Assembly (NCBI GenBank): GCA_031260565.1 | Contig: JAISLH010000015.1 | Coordinates: forward strand, 452-64,451 | Direction: 5' to 3' | Length of the DNA stretch: 64,000 bases | Source of the DNA: Bacteroidales bacterium | Lineage (GTDB): Bacteria; Bacteroidota; Bacteroidia; Bacteroidales; P3 | In this document: positions 1 through 10,403 of the stretch, in pieces | Layout of the letters: the number at the start of each line of letters is the position of its first letter | Numbering within the stretch: the stretch's first letter is position 1 | Notes under the pieces: generated by a model | Database searches by the model: none | The model's input: the letters and a program-made list of their open reading frames with translations, nothing else | What the model was told of the DNA's origin: nothing | Made by a program: the position numbers and the translations under genes

Positions 1-344
1 TCTTTCCTGATGACAATGTAGTAGTAGGGGCAGGGTTAGCCCACCCTGAATATGATACCAATTTGAATAAACAGAAAAACAAACTCGCTCCCCAACAAAT
101 AAAGTCCATTGAAACCCTTACTAAAAAGAACACCAAACAGACTTCTCAAAATATCAAACAAAACTCCGAAATGAAACAGCAAAACAAAGAAAAAATAAAA
201 GCAAATACTACATCCAAAACTACTGAAATAAAAGAAACAAAACCCGCTTCAAATGTTAAGTATTATCTGCTATTGTTTTGTATTGTGATTGCTGCTTTGC
301 TCTTGCTCAAATTTAGAAAATGGTTTAATATCAAAAACAAATAA
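1..344 (+). CDS. Hypothetical protein, C-terminal part. The frame is open to the window edge. Lys/Gln/Thr-rich with a C-terminal hydrophobic anchor.
   Basis: Frame 3 has no stop between nt 3 and the TTG at 63, so the 93-aa track ORF is probably the tail of a longer gene. The tail YYLLLFCIVIAALLLLKF looks like a TM segment. The stop lies 5 nt before the methyltransferase start. Confidence 0.35.
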   Translation, partial: FPDDNVVVGAGLAHPEYDTNLNKQKNKLAPQQIKSIETLTKKNTKQTSQNIKQNSEMKQQNKEKIKANTTSKTTEIKETKPASNVKYYLLLFCIVIAALLLLKFRKWFNIKNK

Positions 345-349
345 CAACT

Positions 350-1369
350 ATGGAAACATTAGCAAATGAAAGAGCATTGGAATTAAATACTATTCTTTGC
401 GGTGATGCAAGAGAAGTTTTATCTACTTTACCTGCCGAAAGCATTGATTGCTGTGTAACTTCACCTCCTTACTATGGTCTGCGTGATTATGGGATTGAGA
501 GGCAAATCGGCAGAGAGCAAACACCCGAACAATACATTGAAAATCTTGCTGCTGTCTTTGCAGAACTTTATCGTGTCCTTAAAAATGGTGGGACTTTTTG
601 GCTCAACATCGGAGATACTTACTGGGGCGGAAAAGGAAAGAGCGGTGAAAGTTCTTTTGAATATCAAGCCAATCGTTATGAAAGCGGTAAAAGTTTTAAT
701 CAACCCTATTCAAATACAGGTAAGGCAGGAGTTATCGCACCCAAACAGGGAAAGCATTTTGAAATAAAACACAAAGACTTAATAGGTGTTCCCTGGATGC
801 TTGCTTTCACTTTGAGAAAGCAGGGTTGGTATATTCGGCAAGAAATCATTTGGCACAAACCTAATCCATTGCCCGAAAGCGTAAAAGACCGCTGCACTAA
901 ATCACACGAGATTATCTTTCTCTTATCAAAGCGGCAGAAGTATTATTTTAACCATTCTGCGATAATGGAAAAGGCAAATTATGATGGGCGTAAAAAACTC
1001 ACTTCAAGCGGCAGTTCAAAATACTCGCAATCAAAAGAAGTATTCAAAGCACAGCCCATTGTTGCAAAAGAGCATAATATATGGACAATGGTTGATGGTG
1101 TGTTTATGAGGCGAAAGCGGAGCGTTTGGACTATACCTACAAAGCCGCTCAAAGAGGCTCATTTTGCACCTTTTCCCGAAGCGTTGATTATTGATTGTGT
1201 GAAGGCGGGGTGCAGGGAAAACGGTGTTGTCATAGACCCTTTTATGGGTTCTGGCACAACGGCAATCGTTGCAAAAAAACTCAACAGAAACTACATTGGT
1301 ATTGAACTCAAACCCGAATATATTGAGATTGCTCAAAGGCGGATACAGAAAGAGGTTGGGTTATTTTAA
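350..1369 (+). CDS. Beta-class amino (N4-C/N6-A) DNA methyltransferase with no adjacent endonuclease (orphan in this window)
   Basis: Motif IV TSPPYYGLRDYG lies near the N-terminus and motif I DPFMGSGTTAIVA near the C-terminus. This is the circularly permuted beta order typical of the N6_N4_Mtase family. Confidence 0.85.
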   Translation: METLANERALELNTILCGDAREVLSTLPAESIDCCVTSPPYYGLRDYGIERQIGREQTPEQYIENLAAVFAELYRVLKNGGTFWLNIGDTYWGGKGKSGESSFEYQANRYESGKSFNQPYSNTGKAGVIAPKQGKHFEIKHKDLIGVPWMLAFTLRKQGWYIRQEIIWHKPNPLPESVKDRCTKSHEIIFLLSKRQKYYFNHSAIMEKANYDGRKKLTSSGSSKYSQSKEVFKAQPIVAKEHNIWTMVDGVFMRRKRSVWTIPTKPLKEAHFAPFPEALIIDCVKAGCRENGVVIDPFMGSGTTAIVAKKLNRNYIGIELKPEYIEIAQRRIQKEVGLF

Positions 1370-1757
1370 GCAACCAAAACTTTTTTCAGTTTTTTCTTTC
1401 TCGTATCAAAAACTTTTTGTAACTTTGCACCTTGAAATGTAAGAATTTTGAGGTGCTTTTGTTTTTTACCAAGAAAAAGCAGAATGTCCAAAAAGTGATT
1501 ACAGAGTAAAAACAAGACTATAAAGAGTTCATTGAGAAAGGTTTATATGGTGCAAATATGGGGATTTTACCATTATTCAATACCCTCAACAGATTGAAAC
1601 ACACACAATTATCTGTGGTAGAGTTGTTTTAGACTGCAAAGGTAGTATTTTTTCTGATAATAGCATAAAAAATTGAGTATTTTAGCAACATAAGCCTATA
1701 ATTTATAGCAATCTTTTTCCACAAGATTTCCTCTTACCTCTGTCTTAATTTCACGAA

Positions 1758-1848
1758 ATGCCACCTTAATTTTCTAAAGCGGCGTTTCGTGACGCTGAAG
1801 TGGCGTTTCAGGAAATTAAAACGCCGCTTTAGGAAAATGAGGTGGCAT
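1758..1848. repeat. Family-A palindromic intergenic element, copy 1
   Basis: atgccaccttaattttctaaagcggcgtt ... aacgccgctttaggaaaatgaggtggcat forms 26/29 inverted ends. It contains three 13-mer boxes AAAG[C/T]GGCGTTTC or their complement. Confidence 0.9.
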
Positions 1849-1888
1849 TTGGCTAAAATGAAATGGTGTTTTATTGAATTGAAAAATC

Positions 1889-4800
1889 CTATCGGATGAC
1901 GTCAATCGTGCCTGTGGTGTCCCAAGTTTTGTCGTGGCGGACACCAGTGAAGCGATAAAAGTATGTTCCTGTCGGAGTGCTTGCGTCAGGCTTCCAAAAA
2001 TCAGACTCTTGTGAGATGTTTTTCTTGTGATACATCAATTTGCCGTAGCGATTGAAGATTACGAGTTCGTTTTCGGGGAAGATGTTTTGCTCTAACAGGT
2101 TATGAATGACAAAAACGTCATTTACGCCGTCATCGTTCGCCGTTATAACATTTGGAAACATTACATTATCAACCGTCAAATCAAGAACTATGATGGAGTC
2201 GCAGCCGTTTGAACCTTCAAATGTGTGAGTGTATATCCCCTTTTCAGATTCGCTGAAGCCAAAGAGACTAAACGTTTTGCCCTTGAATACATCGGCTTTG
2301 ATGGTGTCGGTGTATATTGGCTTAACAAAGAGGTTTAGGACATACACACTATCACATCCGTAAATGTTTGTGAAGATTGCGTAATATGTTCCTGCAGAAT
2401 CATACTCTTGTCCGTAGAATTCGTAAGAATCATACTGGCATATAGAGTCATAAATCGTATCAAAGAAAGTAGGATTGACCGTCAGGTGCAGATAGATTAT
2501 CGAATCACACCCGGCAATGGTCTGAAGCTCCAAATAATATACGCCGCTGTTAGTCAGAGGTTCTCCTTGCGGAGCGTAATATACGTTGTCGCAAATCGTA
2601 TCATAGACATCTATGTTGCGGTAATGAGGATTTACTTCCACCAAACGCTCAGTGGTGTTCATACAACCAAGCTCGTCAAGCACTTGAAGGCTAATCAGAA
2701 TGGTAGTGTCAGGAGTTATTGTTATGCTTTGGGTGGTGTCGCCCGTGCTCCAAAGATATTGTCCGTTCATTGTGGCGGTGAGGGTTGTCGTTTCGCCGAC
2801 ACATATTGATGAATCCCCCTGTATGGTCAGCAAACCAACTGGACTTTCCAAATGAATTATCATATCCAAGGTGTCAGTGCAAGAGTTATTTGCCAGTCCT
2901 GCCACAAGGATAACGTGATAATCGCCACTTGAAGCATAGACATGGCTGGTGGTGTTGGTGGAAGCAGTGTCGCCGTTATCAAAACGCCATTGTGCTGTCT
3001 CACATCGGTCACTTGTCGGTAATGTTCCTTCTGGGTCGGAAGCCACATAGCTGGTATTGGTGAAGGTAACGGTGAATTCGCAGTTCTCAAACGTATAGCT
3101 GTAATCAAAATCTGCTATAGGGAAACGATTACCTGCCGTTGCGTTGATACGGAAACTGCAATTAGGGTTTTCCAAAGAAATAACAACACAATAATAATGC
3201 TGCGTGCCTGTGTCGGAAACAGAAAACTCTCTATCGGTAGAAAGAATGACATTAGGATTATTTTCATTATACCATTGGTAAGCAAAACCTTCAGGAGCTA
3301 AAAAAGTGTTAGCAGAAGTTCCTCCGCAGGCAACAGAAATCATTTGTTTTGTCCTGCATTCCAAAGTGTAGTAGGCGTAGCCGTAATGCCCGCCAGCACT
3401 GCAATCCTTAGTTGTTATGCGAACGTTTATTTTTTGATTATGATACGGTGCAAGGTTAAATCCTGCCGATGTCCAATCTTTCCAAATGACATTATCCGCT
3501 GCATGATTCCAAGTATTAGTGTTTCCTCCTGCTACAAAGTCGGTAGTGCCACAAACAGGGTCTATCAAATGCCCATTAGAATCTATTATCTCCAGTATGA
3601 AATGAGGCTGGATAGTTACATCGTTATGGTCTGGTGAGTCCTGCATAACGATAGCATAGTTTAGCAGTATGAGGTCAAAAATGTTCGTATCAACAAAATA
3701 TGTATAGGTTATACTCTCTGCCTCTGCTCCATTGTTCCAATTACCAAGTCTAACAGATTGCTCCGACCCATCAGGTATTGTTTTAAGCAGATTACCTGTA
3801 CGAGGGTCTGCTGCACTTACATCAGTATTTACGGTATGTCGGCTTGATATATTAAGAGGTCCGTTATCCACCAAGCGAGTAAAGGCATACGGAGAGTCAT
3901 AATAGCCAATAGTTGTTTTGACATTAGGAGAGTTAAGATTGTAATAAGTGATGCAGTTGCCAAAGGTAAAAATACTTAGCATTCTTACATTACAAGAGTC
4001 AAGGGAAGGAGAATAACAATAAATATATATGGTATATTGCGTTTCGGGAGCAAGGTTGTTGAGCGTTATTGTACCTGCTGTTGTGGTGTCTGTTGCTACT
4101 AAGTTTGTGTCTTGATAGACGACAATAACCCATGTAAGGCTATCGTTTGCGTTAGACCAAGGTATAGTTATGCTGTTTGTCCCTATCCTGATGTTGTTAT
4201 TAACCACAGCAGCCAAAGGTAAGGCACAACAAGAGATGGAATGAAGCGTATCTTTCCCCATTTTGCATATTTCTTCAAAAGGCAGATTATGGCAATTACT
4301 ATAAACATAAGCCGTATAAAATATACCACAAGTACCAGATAATAGCAAAAAGGTTGTATCTGTATAATAATAATCCACCGTCTCTTGACCAGTATTTATA
4401 TCATAAGCAAAAAGAGCTACCGTCCATTGGATTGTATCGTAAGGCTCTGTCCATTTGATTAGAAGACTATCTCCACCAACTCTTGTTATTGTAGTATTCA
4501 TTGGTTGCGGGCAAAGGCAGTGTATCCACGTTGTATTAGGAGGAATTCTATCATCACAAGACAAATGATCACAAGGAGTCTTTACTATAAACTTGTAGAT
4601 TTCACAATGAACTAAGTTGGTCAAGATAGTATCTGTATTATAAATGGTATCTGTTATTGTATCCATCGGATTACTCAACGTCCAATATTGCAAAATGTAG
4701 AACTCAACGCTATCAACGGGCGCCCAAGCAACCAAAATGCTATCTTCCAACTCATCTAATGGGACAGGATTAGAAATACTATCTTCCGTATAAGGTGATA

Positions 4801-5551
4801 CTGAAATAAATTGAGGATGGAGACGGCAAGGGTTTAGTATTATCTGAACAACAGGAGGAATAACACAGGAGCTACAAACATCAGCGTTAAGGTATTCAAC
4901 AGGAACAACACTAACACAAATGGTGTCGCAAGTGTCCAATCCTGTTAGAGAGAGAGAATCTATATCATGAACTGTTATCACTGTTGCATTATTTATATCA
5001 AAAGGGCAAGGACCAAAAGCTACAACATAATCAGAATAACCGGGAAGTAAATCCCAAGTAACATAACAATTATGCGGAGATTGATAGCTACTACCAAATA
5101 AATTGTCTCCAAATAGAGAAACCATTGGTGGAGGTTGAACGCAAGTTGTTAAGTGCATTGCAAAGCCTGAATGTGGGTTATCACTGTCGGTAGTGAAAAC
5201 TATTCTTATTTTATCTGTGCAGGGATTGATAGAAATAGTGCCGCTGGTATTGGTGTTGGAATTGCTAAAAAGCATAGCCCCATTGTTGGCATTGTATATT
5301 TTAAGACTTGAGTGTGAAGTAACTTCCAAGTCATAAGTAAGGTTAATAATGAAATATTTATTGGTGCTTGCGGTATTGACAAGCATCACTCCCGAGACAT
5401 AATTACCATAATTGCCGCTTGGACCTCCGTCATCATAAACCCAGCAGTCATCACTTGCGTGCGTAACCGTCCCTGTGGTTGGCATATTGTATTGTGCCGC
5501 CGCAAAAAGAGCAGACAACAACCCTAATATCAAGCAAAATAACTTTCTCAT
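1889..5551 (-). CDS. Large secreted protein with a T9SS type-B (gliding-motility-associated) C-terminal sorting domain
   Basis: It has an N-terminal signal peptide (MRKLFCLILGLLSALFAAAQ). The C-terminus FPNVITANDDGVNDVFVI...IFNRYGKLMY...GTYFYRF...GTIDVIR matches the type-B CTD pattern. PKD/Ig-like Cys-rich repeats are present. Confidence 0.8.
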   Translation of the reverse strand: MRKLFCLILGLLSALFAAAQYNMPTTGTVTHASDDCWVYDDGGPSGNYGNYVSGVMLVNTASTNKYFIINLTYDLEVTSHSSLKIYNANNGAMLFSNSNTNTSGTISINPCTDKIRIVFTTDSDNPHSGFAMHLTTCVQPPPMVSLFGDNLFGSSYQSPHNCYVTWDLLPGYSDYVVAFGPCPFDINNATVITVHDIDSLSLTGLDTCDTICVSVVPVEYLNADVCSSCVIPPVVQIILNPCRLHPQFISVSPYTEDSISNPVPLDELEDSILVAWAPVDSVEFYILQYWTLSNPMDTITDTIYNTDTILTNLVHCEIYKFIVKTPCDHLSCDDRIPPNTTWIHCLCPQPMNTTITRVGGDSLLIKWTEPYDTIQWTVALFAYDINTGQETVDYYYTDTTFLLLSGTCGIFYTAYVYSNCHNLPFEEICKMGKDTLHSISCCALPLAAVVNNNIRIGTNSITIPWSNANDSLTWVIVVYQDTNLVATDTTTAGTITLNNLAPETQYTIYIYCYSPSLDSCNVRMLSIFTFGNCITYYNLNSPNVKTTIGYYDSPYAFTRLVDNGPLNISSRHTVNTDVSAADPRTGNLLKTIPDGSEQSVRLGNWNNGAEAESITYTYFVDTNIFDLILLNYAIVMQDSPDHNDVTIQPHFILEIIDSNGHLIDPVCGTTDFVAGGNTNTWNHAADNVIWKDWTSAGFNLAPYHNQKINVRITTKDCSAGGHYGYAYYTLECRTKQMISVACGGTSANTFLAPEGFAYQWYNENNPNVILSTDREFSVSDTGTQHYYCVVISLENPNCSFRINATAGNRFPIADFDYSYTFENCEFTVTFTNTSYVASDPEGTLPTSDRCETAQWRFDNGDTASTNTTSHVYASSGDYHVILVAGLANNSCTDTLDMIIHLESPVGLLTIQGDSSICVGETTTLTATMNGQYLWSTGDTTQSITITPDTTILISLQVLDELGCMNTTERLVEVNPHYRNIDVYDTICDNVYYAPQGEPLTNSGVYYLELQTIAGCDSIIYLHLTVNPTFFDTIYDSICQYDSYEFYGQEYDSAGTYYAIFTNIYGCDSVYVLNLFVKPIYTDTIKADVFKGKTFSLFGFSESEKGIYTHTFEGSNGCDSIIVLDLTVDNVMFPNVITANDDGVNDVFVIHNLLEQNIFPENELVIFNRYGKLMYHKKNISQESDFWKPDASTPTGTYFYRFTGVRHDKTWDTTGTIDVIR

Positions 5552-5571
5552 ATTGATAAAAATATCAACGG

Positions 5572-5579
5572 CAAAAGTA
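5572..5579 (-). promoter_or_regulatory. Bacteroidota -7 promoter box (TACTTTTG)
   Basis: Matches TAnnTTTG 21 nt upstream of the ATG at 5551. Confidence 0.5.
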
Positions 5580-5626
5580 GTAAATTATTTTATATGCCCA
5601 AAGGAATATGTACTTATTTTCGCTTA

Positions 5627-7588
5627 TTATTTAGAATTTTCGTTTGATTTTATTGCTTTCTCAAGTTCGTTTTGTAACTTCTCCCATTGCTCTAAGGCTT
5701 GTGCTATAAGGCTTTTGAGGTTATTGTAATCAGCAAAAAAGTTTTTGTCATTAACTGCGTCTGCTGCCTGCTGCTCATCGTGGAAAATGCAATCCTTTTC
5801 AGCAATTTTTGATTCCAAATCAGCAATTTTTGACTCAATTTGCTCGATTTTTGACTTTATCTTTCTGATATGTCGGTTTTGCTCCTTGTTCTCTTGATAT
5901 GCCGCTTTGCTTTGCGTCATTGTGTCTTCGGTTTTCTTCCTTTCAGCTTTAGCTTTAAGATTTAAGTCGTCCAAATCCTCAATATCCTTCATAGCAAGAA
6001 AGTCAAAAACATCACCTTTGAAGCAATGTAACTCCTTGTTCTTAAACTCATAAAGCGTATCAGTCAATCCACTTAGGAAATCCCTGTCATGCGAAACCAA
6101 AATAAGCGTTCCGTCATATTGTAACAAGGCATTTTTGAGAATATTCTTAGAATCCATATCAAGATGGTTTGTAGGCTCATCAAGAATAAGCAGATTGACT
6201 GGAGTTAAAAGCAGTTTTGCCAACGCCAAACGGGATTTCTCCCCCCCAGAAAGCACTTTCACCTGTTTTTCAATATCATTTTGGTCAAAGAGAAAAGAAC
6301 CCAAAATAGTCCTTATCCGTGTCCGCACCTCACCAACGGCAACTTGGTCAATGGTTTCAAAGACAGATTTGTTAGGATTGAGCAATGCCGCCTGATTTTG
6401 TGCAAAATACCCTATGGAAACATTATGTCCGAGCTTCATTATGCCGCTATAATCGCTTATTTCGCCGACTATAACCTTTGAAAGTGTGGATTTGCCTTCT
6501 CCATTGCGACCTACGAAGGCTATTTTCTCACCTTTGGTTATCAAAAGGCTGACGTCTTTCAGTACCTCTTTGTTGCCATAACTTTTTGAGAGATTTTCTA
6601 TTTCCAAAACAACCTTTCCGCTATGAGGAGCAGGAGGAAACCGAAAGTGAATAGTGGATACATCTACCTCATCAATGGTTTCCAGTTCCATTTTCTCAAT
6701 CTGTTTTATCCTTGATTGCACCTGTTTCGCTTTTGTAGCCTTGTAACGAAATCGCTCTATGAATTGCTCTATTTCTGCTATCTGTCGCTGTTGGTTAGTA
6801 ATCGTTGCCTGCTGCGAAGCACGGCGTTGCTGCATTAGTTCTACATAAGCGGTGTATGAAACCTTATAATCATATATTTTTCCAGCCGTTATCTCAATCG
6901 TTCTGTTAGTTATGCGGTCAAGAAACGTGCGATCGTGCGACACAAGGACTATTGTACCAAAATAGCTGTAAAGATACTTCTCCAGCCACGCAATAGAAAC
7001 AATATCAAGGTGGTTTGTAGGCTCATCAAGCAAAATAATATCGGGTTTTTGCAGCAAAATCTTAGCCAATTCTACTCTCATCTGCCAACCACTACTAAAT
7101 TCGCTTATCTTCCTGTCAAAATCCGAATGCCGAAAGCCAAGACCCAGCAAAATCTTTTCTGCCTCTCCTCTGCCATTGGCAACGTTGAGAAGGTTAAGAT
7201 GTTCGGTTATTTCGTAATGTTGATGTAATATTCTGTCGTAATCCCTGCTCTGATAATCGGTTCTCTGAGATATTTCATCGGAAAGGCTTTGTAACTGGTC
7301 TTCAAGTTGTTTTATGTGAATGAAAGCCGTCATTGCTTCATCAATAACGCTCATCGTTGAAGAGGGAATAAGTTCCTGCGGCAGATAGCCAACGGTCTGG
7401 TCTTTGCTTTTTACAATCGTTCCACTCTCAGGCTGTTGCAGATTAGCCAAAACCTTTAACAGTGTGCTCTTACCTGCTCCATTTTTGCCCACTAAGCCAA
7501 TTCTGTCTTTGTCGTCAATGACAAAATTGACGTTATCAAAGATAGAAACTCCCGAAAATTGAACAGATAAATTGCAAATAGTAATCAT
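5627..7588 (-). CDS. ABC-F family ATPase (two ABC cassettes, no TM domain)
   Basis: It has two Walker A motifs (GKNGAGKST, GRNGEGKST), two signature motifs (FSSGWQMR, LSGGEKSRL) and a C-terminal coiled-coil tail. Confidence 0.9.
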   Translation of the reverse strand: MITICNLSVQFSGVSIFDNVNFVIDDKDRIGLVGKNGAGKSTLLKVLANLQQPESGTIVKSKDQTVGYLPQELIPSSTMSVIDEAMTAFIHIKQLEDQLQSLSDEISQRTDYQSRDYDRILHQHYEITEHLNLLNVANGRGEAEKILLGLGFRHSDFDRKISEFSSGWQMRVELAKILLQKPDIILLDEPTNHLDIVSIAWLEKYLYSYFGTIVLVSHDRTFLDRITNRTIEITAGKIYDYKVSYTAYVELMQQRRASQQATITNQQRQIAEIEQFIERFRYKATKAKQVQSRIKQIEKMELETIDEVDVSTIHFRFPPAPHSGKVVLEIENLSKSYGNKEVLKDVSLLITKGEKIAFVGRNGEGKSTLSKVIVGEISDYSGIMKLGHNVSIGYFAQNQAALLNPNKSVFETIDQVAVGEVRTRIRTILGSFLFDQNDIEKQVKVLSGGEKSRLALAKLLLTPVNLLILDEPTNHLDMDSKNILKNALLQYDGTLILVSHDRDFLSGLTDTLYEFKNKELHCFKGDVFDFLAMKDIEDLDDLNLKAKAERKKTEDTMTQSKAAYQENKEQNRHIRKIKSKIEQIESKIADLESKIAEKDCIFHDEQQAADAVNDKNFFADYNNLKSLIAQALEQWEKLQNELEKAIKSNENSK

Positions 7589-7692
7589 ATTATTGTAGAT
7601 AAATGTCGTATTTAGTTATAGTTTTGCTTCATTTTAGTGAATATTTATCTCAAAAGAGCGAAATCAAACCTCGTTTTATCAAAGTAAAGGAA

Positions 7693-7757
7693 TAATTTTC
7701 TAAAACAAAGCTTTAGAAAATTAAAACGCCGTTTCATTTTTACGAAACGGCGTTTTA
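7693..7757. repeat. Degenerate relative of the family-A element (two small hairpins)
   Basis: aattttctaaaacaaagctttagaaaatt plus aaaacgccgtttcatttttacgaaacggcgtttt share the aattttctaaa and aaacgcc/ggcgttt motifs with family A. Confidence 0.6.
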
Positions 7758-7819
7758 TTTCAACAAAACTTGACATCAATTTATTCAAGTAAAGTCTTTT
7801 TGTTCTAAAATGATATATG

Positions 7820-8515
7820 TTAGTTGCCGCTTAAACCAAAGCGAACATTCTTTCCAAATTGGTTACGAACAGCCTTGCCTCTCTGCATTGCAGGTTTCCA
7901 TTTTGGCATAGCTTTCAAAACTCTTACCAATTCTTCTCCACAACCACCACCAATATCTCTTATTATCTTAATATTGGTAATTGAGCCGTCCTTTTCAACA
8001 ACGAAGTTCACCGAAACCTGACCCTCTATACCTGCTTGGCGAGCTGCTTCAGGATAAACAATATTCTTAAAAAGATAAGCATCTAACCCTTCTGGCAAAG
8101 GAAAAGAGGCTTGCGTCTCAACAACAATGAATATCTCATCTTCCTCTGCAAGAGCATCAGCGTTGGTAATATCTTTTTTGTTAATGATAACGCCAGTATT
8201 AGTCTGGTCTGAGAACATCTTGGTAATGTCAAACGAATTATCAACATGTACAGACTCATCTACAATCACAAACTCTGTAGGTTCTGCTGGTGGAATGTCC
8301 TCTGGTGGAGGTGGAGGGGTGTTTTCGGTTTGCGGAATGTCTATGTTCTCTATCGCAACATCATCTCGCTTAATCACTTGCTCTTCGTCGCCCTTGTCAA
8401 ACGAACGATACTCAAAGGCAAAAATCATTATACTGAGAGCAATCACTAATCCTATCTCTAAAAACAGGACTTTCTTATTCTCCAAGTCTGCCTTTTCTGA
8501 TTTTTTTACTTCCAT
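7820..8515 (-). CDS. TonB-family energy transducer
   Basis: It has an N-terminal TM segment, a Pro-rich linker (TPPPPPEDIPPAEP) and a C-terminal TonB_C-like region (GIEGQVSVNFVVEKDGSITNIKI). Confidence 0.8.
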   Translation of the reverse strand: MEVKKSEKADLENKKVLFLEIGLVIALSIMIFAFEYRSFDKGDEEQVIKRDDVAIENIDIPQTENTPPPPPEDIPPAEPTEFVIVDESVHVDNSFDITKMFSDQTNTGVIINKKDITNADALAEEDEIFIVVETQASFPLPEGLDAYLFKNIVYPEAARQAGIEGQVSVNFVVEKDGSITNIKIIRDIGGGCGEELVRVLKAMPKWKPAMQRGKAVRNQFGKNVRFGLSGN

Positions 8516-8550
8516 AACTCTACTATTGTTTTAAGTGTTAATTATTATTA

Positions 8551-8558
8551 CAAAATTA
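8551..8558 (-). promoter_or_regulatory. -7 promoter box (TAATTTTG)
   Basis: TAnnTTTG lies 36 nt upstream of the ATG at 8515. Confidence 0.45.
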
Positions 8559-8678
8559 CAATTTTTCAGGGTGCTAAATTAGTAATTTTTACCTATTAGT
8601 ACCAAACTTTTTTACTAAAAAAACAACATTTATTTTCCATTTCATTGTTGTTTAATAAGATACAAGCGGGATAAAATG

Positions 8679-10328
8679 CTAATAATCGAAGCTACTACCA
8701 CCCAAAAACTCCCTCATAATTGAGTTTTGAGGTATAAAATCAACATTTCCTATCGGCTTGAAAAGAGATAAAAAGTTCCTTAATCGCCTTGCATCGGCAT
8801 AAGCCAATGATGTTTCTGGCACGTCAGCTAGCAGAGGTTCAACAACATTCTTCATAACGCTTATTTCATATAATAAGGAAGAATTAAAAACGCTGTCGGC
8901 ATTCTCTTGGTAAGGGAATATATGCTTTTCTTCTCCGTCTCTAACGCTCTGCCAACGGCTTATGGTCTGGTCGGCATTGTAACCTCGAAATTGATTATCC
9001 CTGACAATACGCCGAAGTAACCGATTATCGCTTGTGCTTATCAGGTTATGGCGGTCAATGGCTACCTGCGTCATAGCAGAGACGAAGATATGGTACTTTT
9101 GTTTGCGGGCTATCTTTTGGCTCAACATCGGATTTAAGGCGTGTATGCCCTCAATGATAAGAATAGAACTTGGTTTCATTTGTAGAAATATTCCGCTCTG
9201 TTCCCTGTTGCCGGTAAAGAAATTAAACTTTGGCAGCTCTATACTCTGTCCTGATAGAAGCTCTTGCATTTGTGCGTTGAAGAAATCAAGGTCTAAGGCT
9301 TCCAAAGCTTCAAAGTCAAAATTGCCATGCTCGTCTTTTGGCGTTAGTGCCCTATTTACAAAATAATCATCAAGAGATATTTGCAGAGGGTCAAAGCCCA
9401 GAACGGATAACTGAGTAGCTATTCGCCTGCAACTTGTTGTCTTGCCTGACGAAGAGGGTCCCGCCAAAAGTACTATGCGTACCTCGTCCTTGCGTTTGTA
9501 AATCTCATCAGCAATCTCGGCATATTTCTTCTCGTGAAGGGCTTCTGATATTTGTATTACCTGCTTCTGCTTGTTGGCTTCAATACTTCGGTTGAGGTCT
9601 CTGACGTATGGCGTTTCCAAAATATCTATCCAGTGTTTGTGTTCTCGAAAAACGGAAAACAGCTTGCTATTCGCCTTTGTCCTAACCACCTTTTGCGAAG
9701 GCATAACCAAGATCATACCTTTATTAAATGCCTTTAAGTTAAACTCTTTCAAATAAGCAGTGGAGGGGACAAGTTCAAAAAAGAAGCTATTGACTGTTTT
9801 GTCAAGATAGTCTAACTTTGTATAGAAACGTTGTCGGCTCTTTATCACCTCAGCCTTTTCATCTATGCCAACCTTTTCAAACAACTCCACAGCCGCTGTT
9901 GATTCCATTATCGTCCTCTCAAACTTTATATCGTCTTTTATAAGTTGTAACATCTTGGATTTAAGTTTGGTAATAATCTCATCAGAGGGCAAATCTACGT
10001 TCTGCACTTCCAAATAATAACCTTCGGACAATGAATGAAGGATACGTAATTCGCCGCTCTCAAAACATTCTTTGACCGCCTTGTAAAGCACAAACATCAG
10101 GCTCAGAGCATACATTCTTCTTCCGTTAGGGTTATCTATCGTTATGAATTCCACCCTTTTATCGGAGAAAACTTTGTAATATAAATTTTGAACCTTATTA
10201 TTGACGTACGCACCGAGTATTTGCGGTTTCTTTTCTTCCAAACCGACCCTTTTTATCACCTCTAAGAGCGTCTCACCCTCAGAAACAAGCACCTTTGAAT
10301 CGTTATTGACACATCTAATCTCTATCAT
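8679..10328 (-). CDS. Uridine/nucleoside kinase-family P-loop protein with an N-terminal TGS/ThrRS-like region
   Basis: It has the P-loop LLAGPSSSGKTT and a uridine-kinase-like C-terminal half. The N-terminal beta-grasp-like segment resembles a TGS domain. Confidence 0.65.
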   Translation of the reverse strand: MIEIRCVNNDSKVLVSEGETLLEVIKRVGLEEKKPQILGAYVNNKVQNLYYKVFSDKRVEFITIDNPNGRRMYALSLMFVLYKAVKECFESGELRILHSLSEGYYLEVQNVDLPSDEIITKLKSKMLQLIKDDIKFERTIMESTAAVELFEKVGIDEKAEVIKSRQRFYTKLDYLDKTVNSFFFELVPSTAYLKEFNLKAFNKGMILVMPSQKVVRTKANSKLFSVFREHKHWIDILETPYVRDLNRSIEANKQKQVIQISEALHEKKYAEIADEIYKRKDEVRIVLLAGPSSSGKTTSCRRIATQLSVLGFDPLQISLDDYFVNRALTPKDEHGNFDFEALEALDLDFFNAQMQELLSGQSIELPKFNFFTGNREQSGIFLQMKPSSILIIEGIHALNPMLSQKIARKQKYHIFVSAMTQVAIDRHNLISTSDNRLLRRIVRDNQFRGYNADQTISRWQSVRDGEEKHIFPYQENADSVFNSSLLYEISVMKNVVEPLLADVPETSLAYADARRLRNFLSLFKPIGNVDFIPQNSIMREFLGGSSFDY

Positions 10329-10359
10329 AAAAATGTTATTAAATCAAATTAAAGAGCGG

Positions 10360-10367
10360 CAAAGGTA
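10360..10367 (-). promoter_or_regulatory. -7 promoter box (TACCTTTG)
   Basis: TAnnTTTG lies 32 nt upstream of the ATG at 10328. Confidence 0.45.
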
Positions 10368-10403
10368 GAAAAAATATCCGACAAATGGTTTTGCTAAAAT
10401 AAA

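Noticed and set aside
1420-1470. TAACTTTG box followed by a hairpin gcacct-N16-aggtgc and a T-run with no ORF, a possible small RNA; there is also a minus-strand TACCTTTG box at 1637-1644
   Set aside because: The hairpin overlaps the box and is more simply the terminator of the upstream methyltransferase gene. The stem is only 6 bp, and there is no independent support for a transcript.
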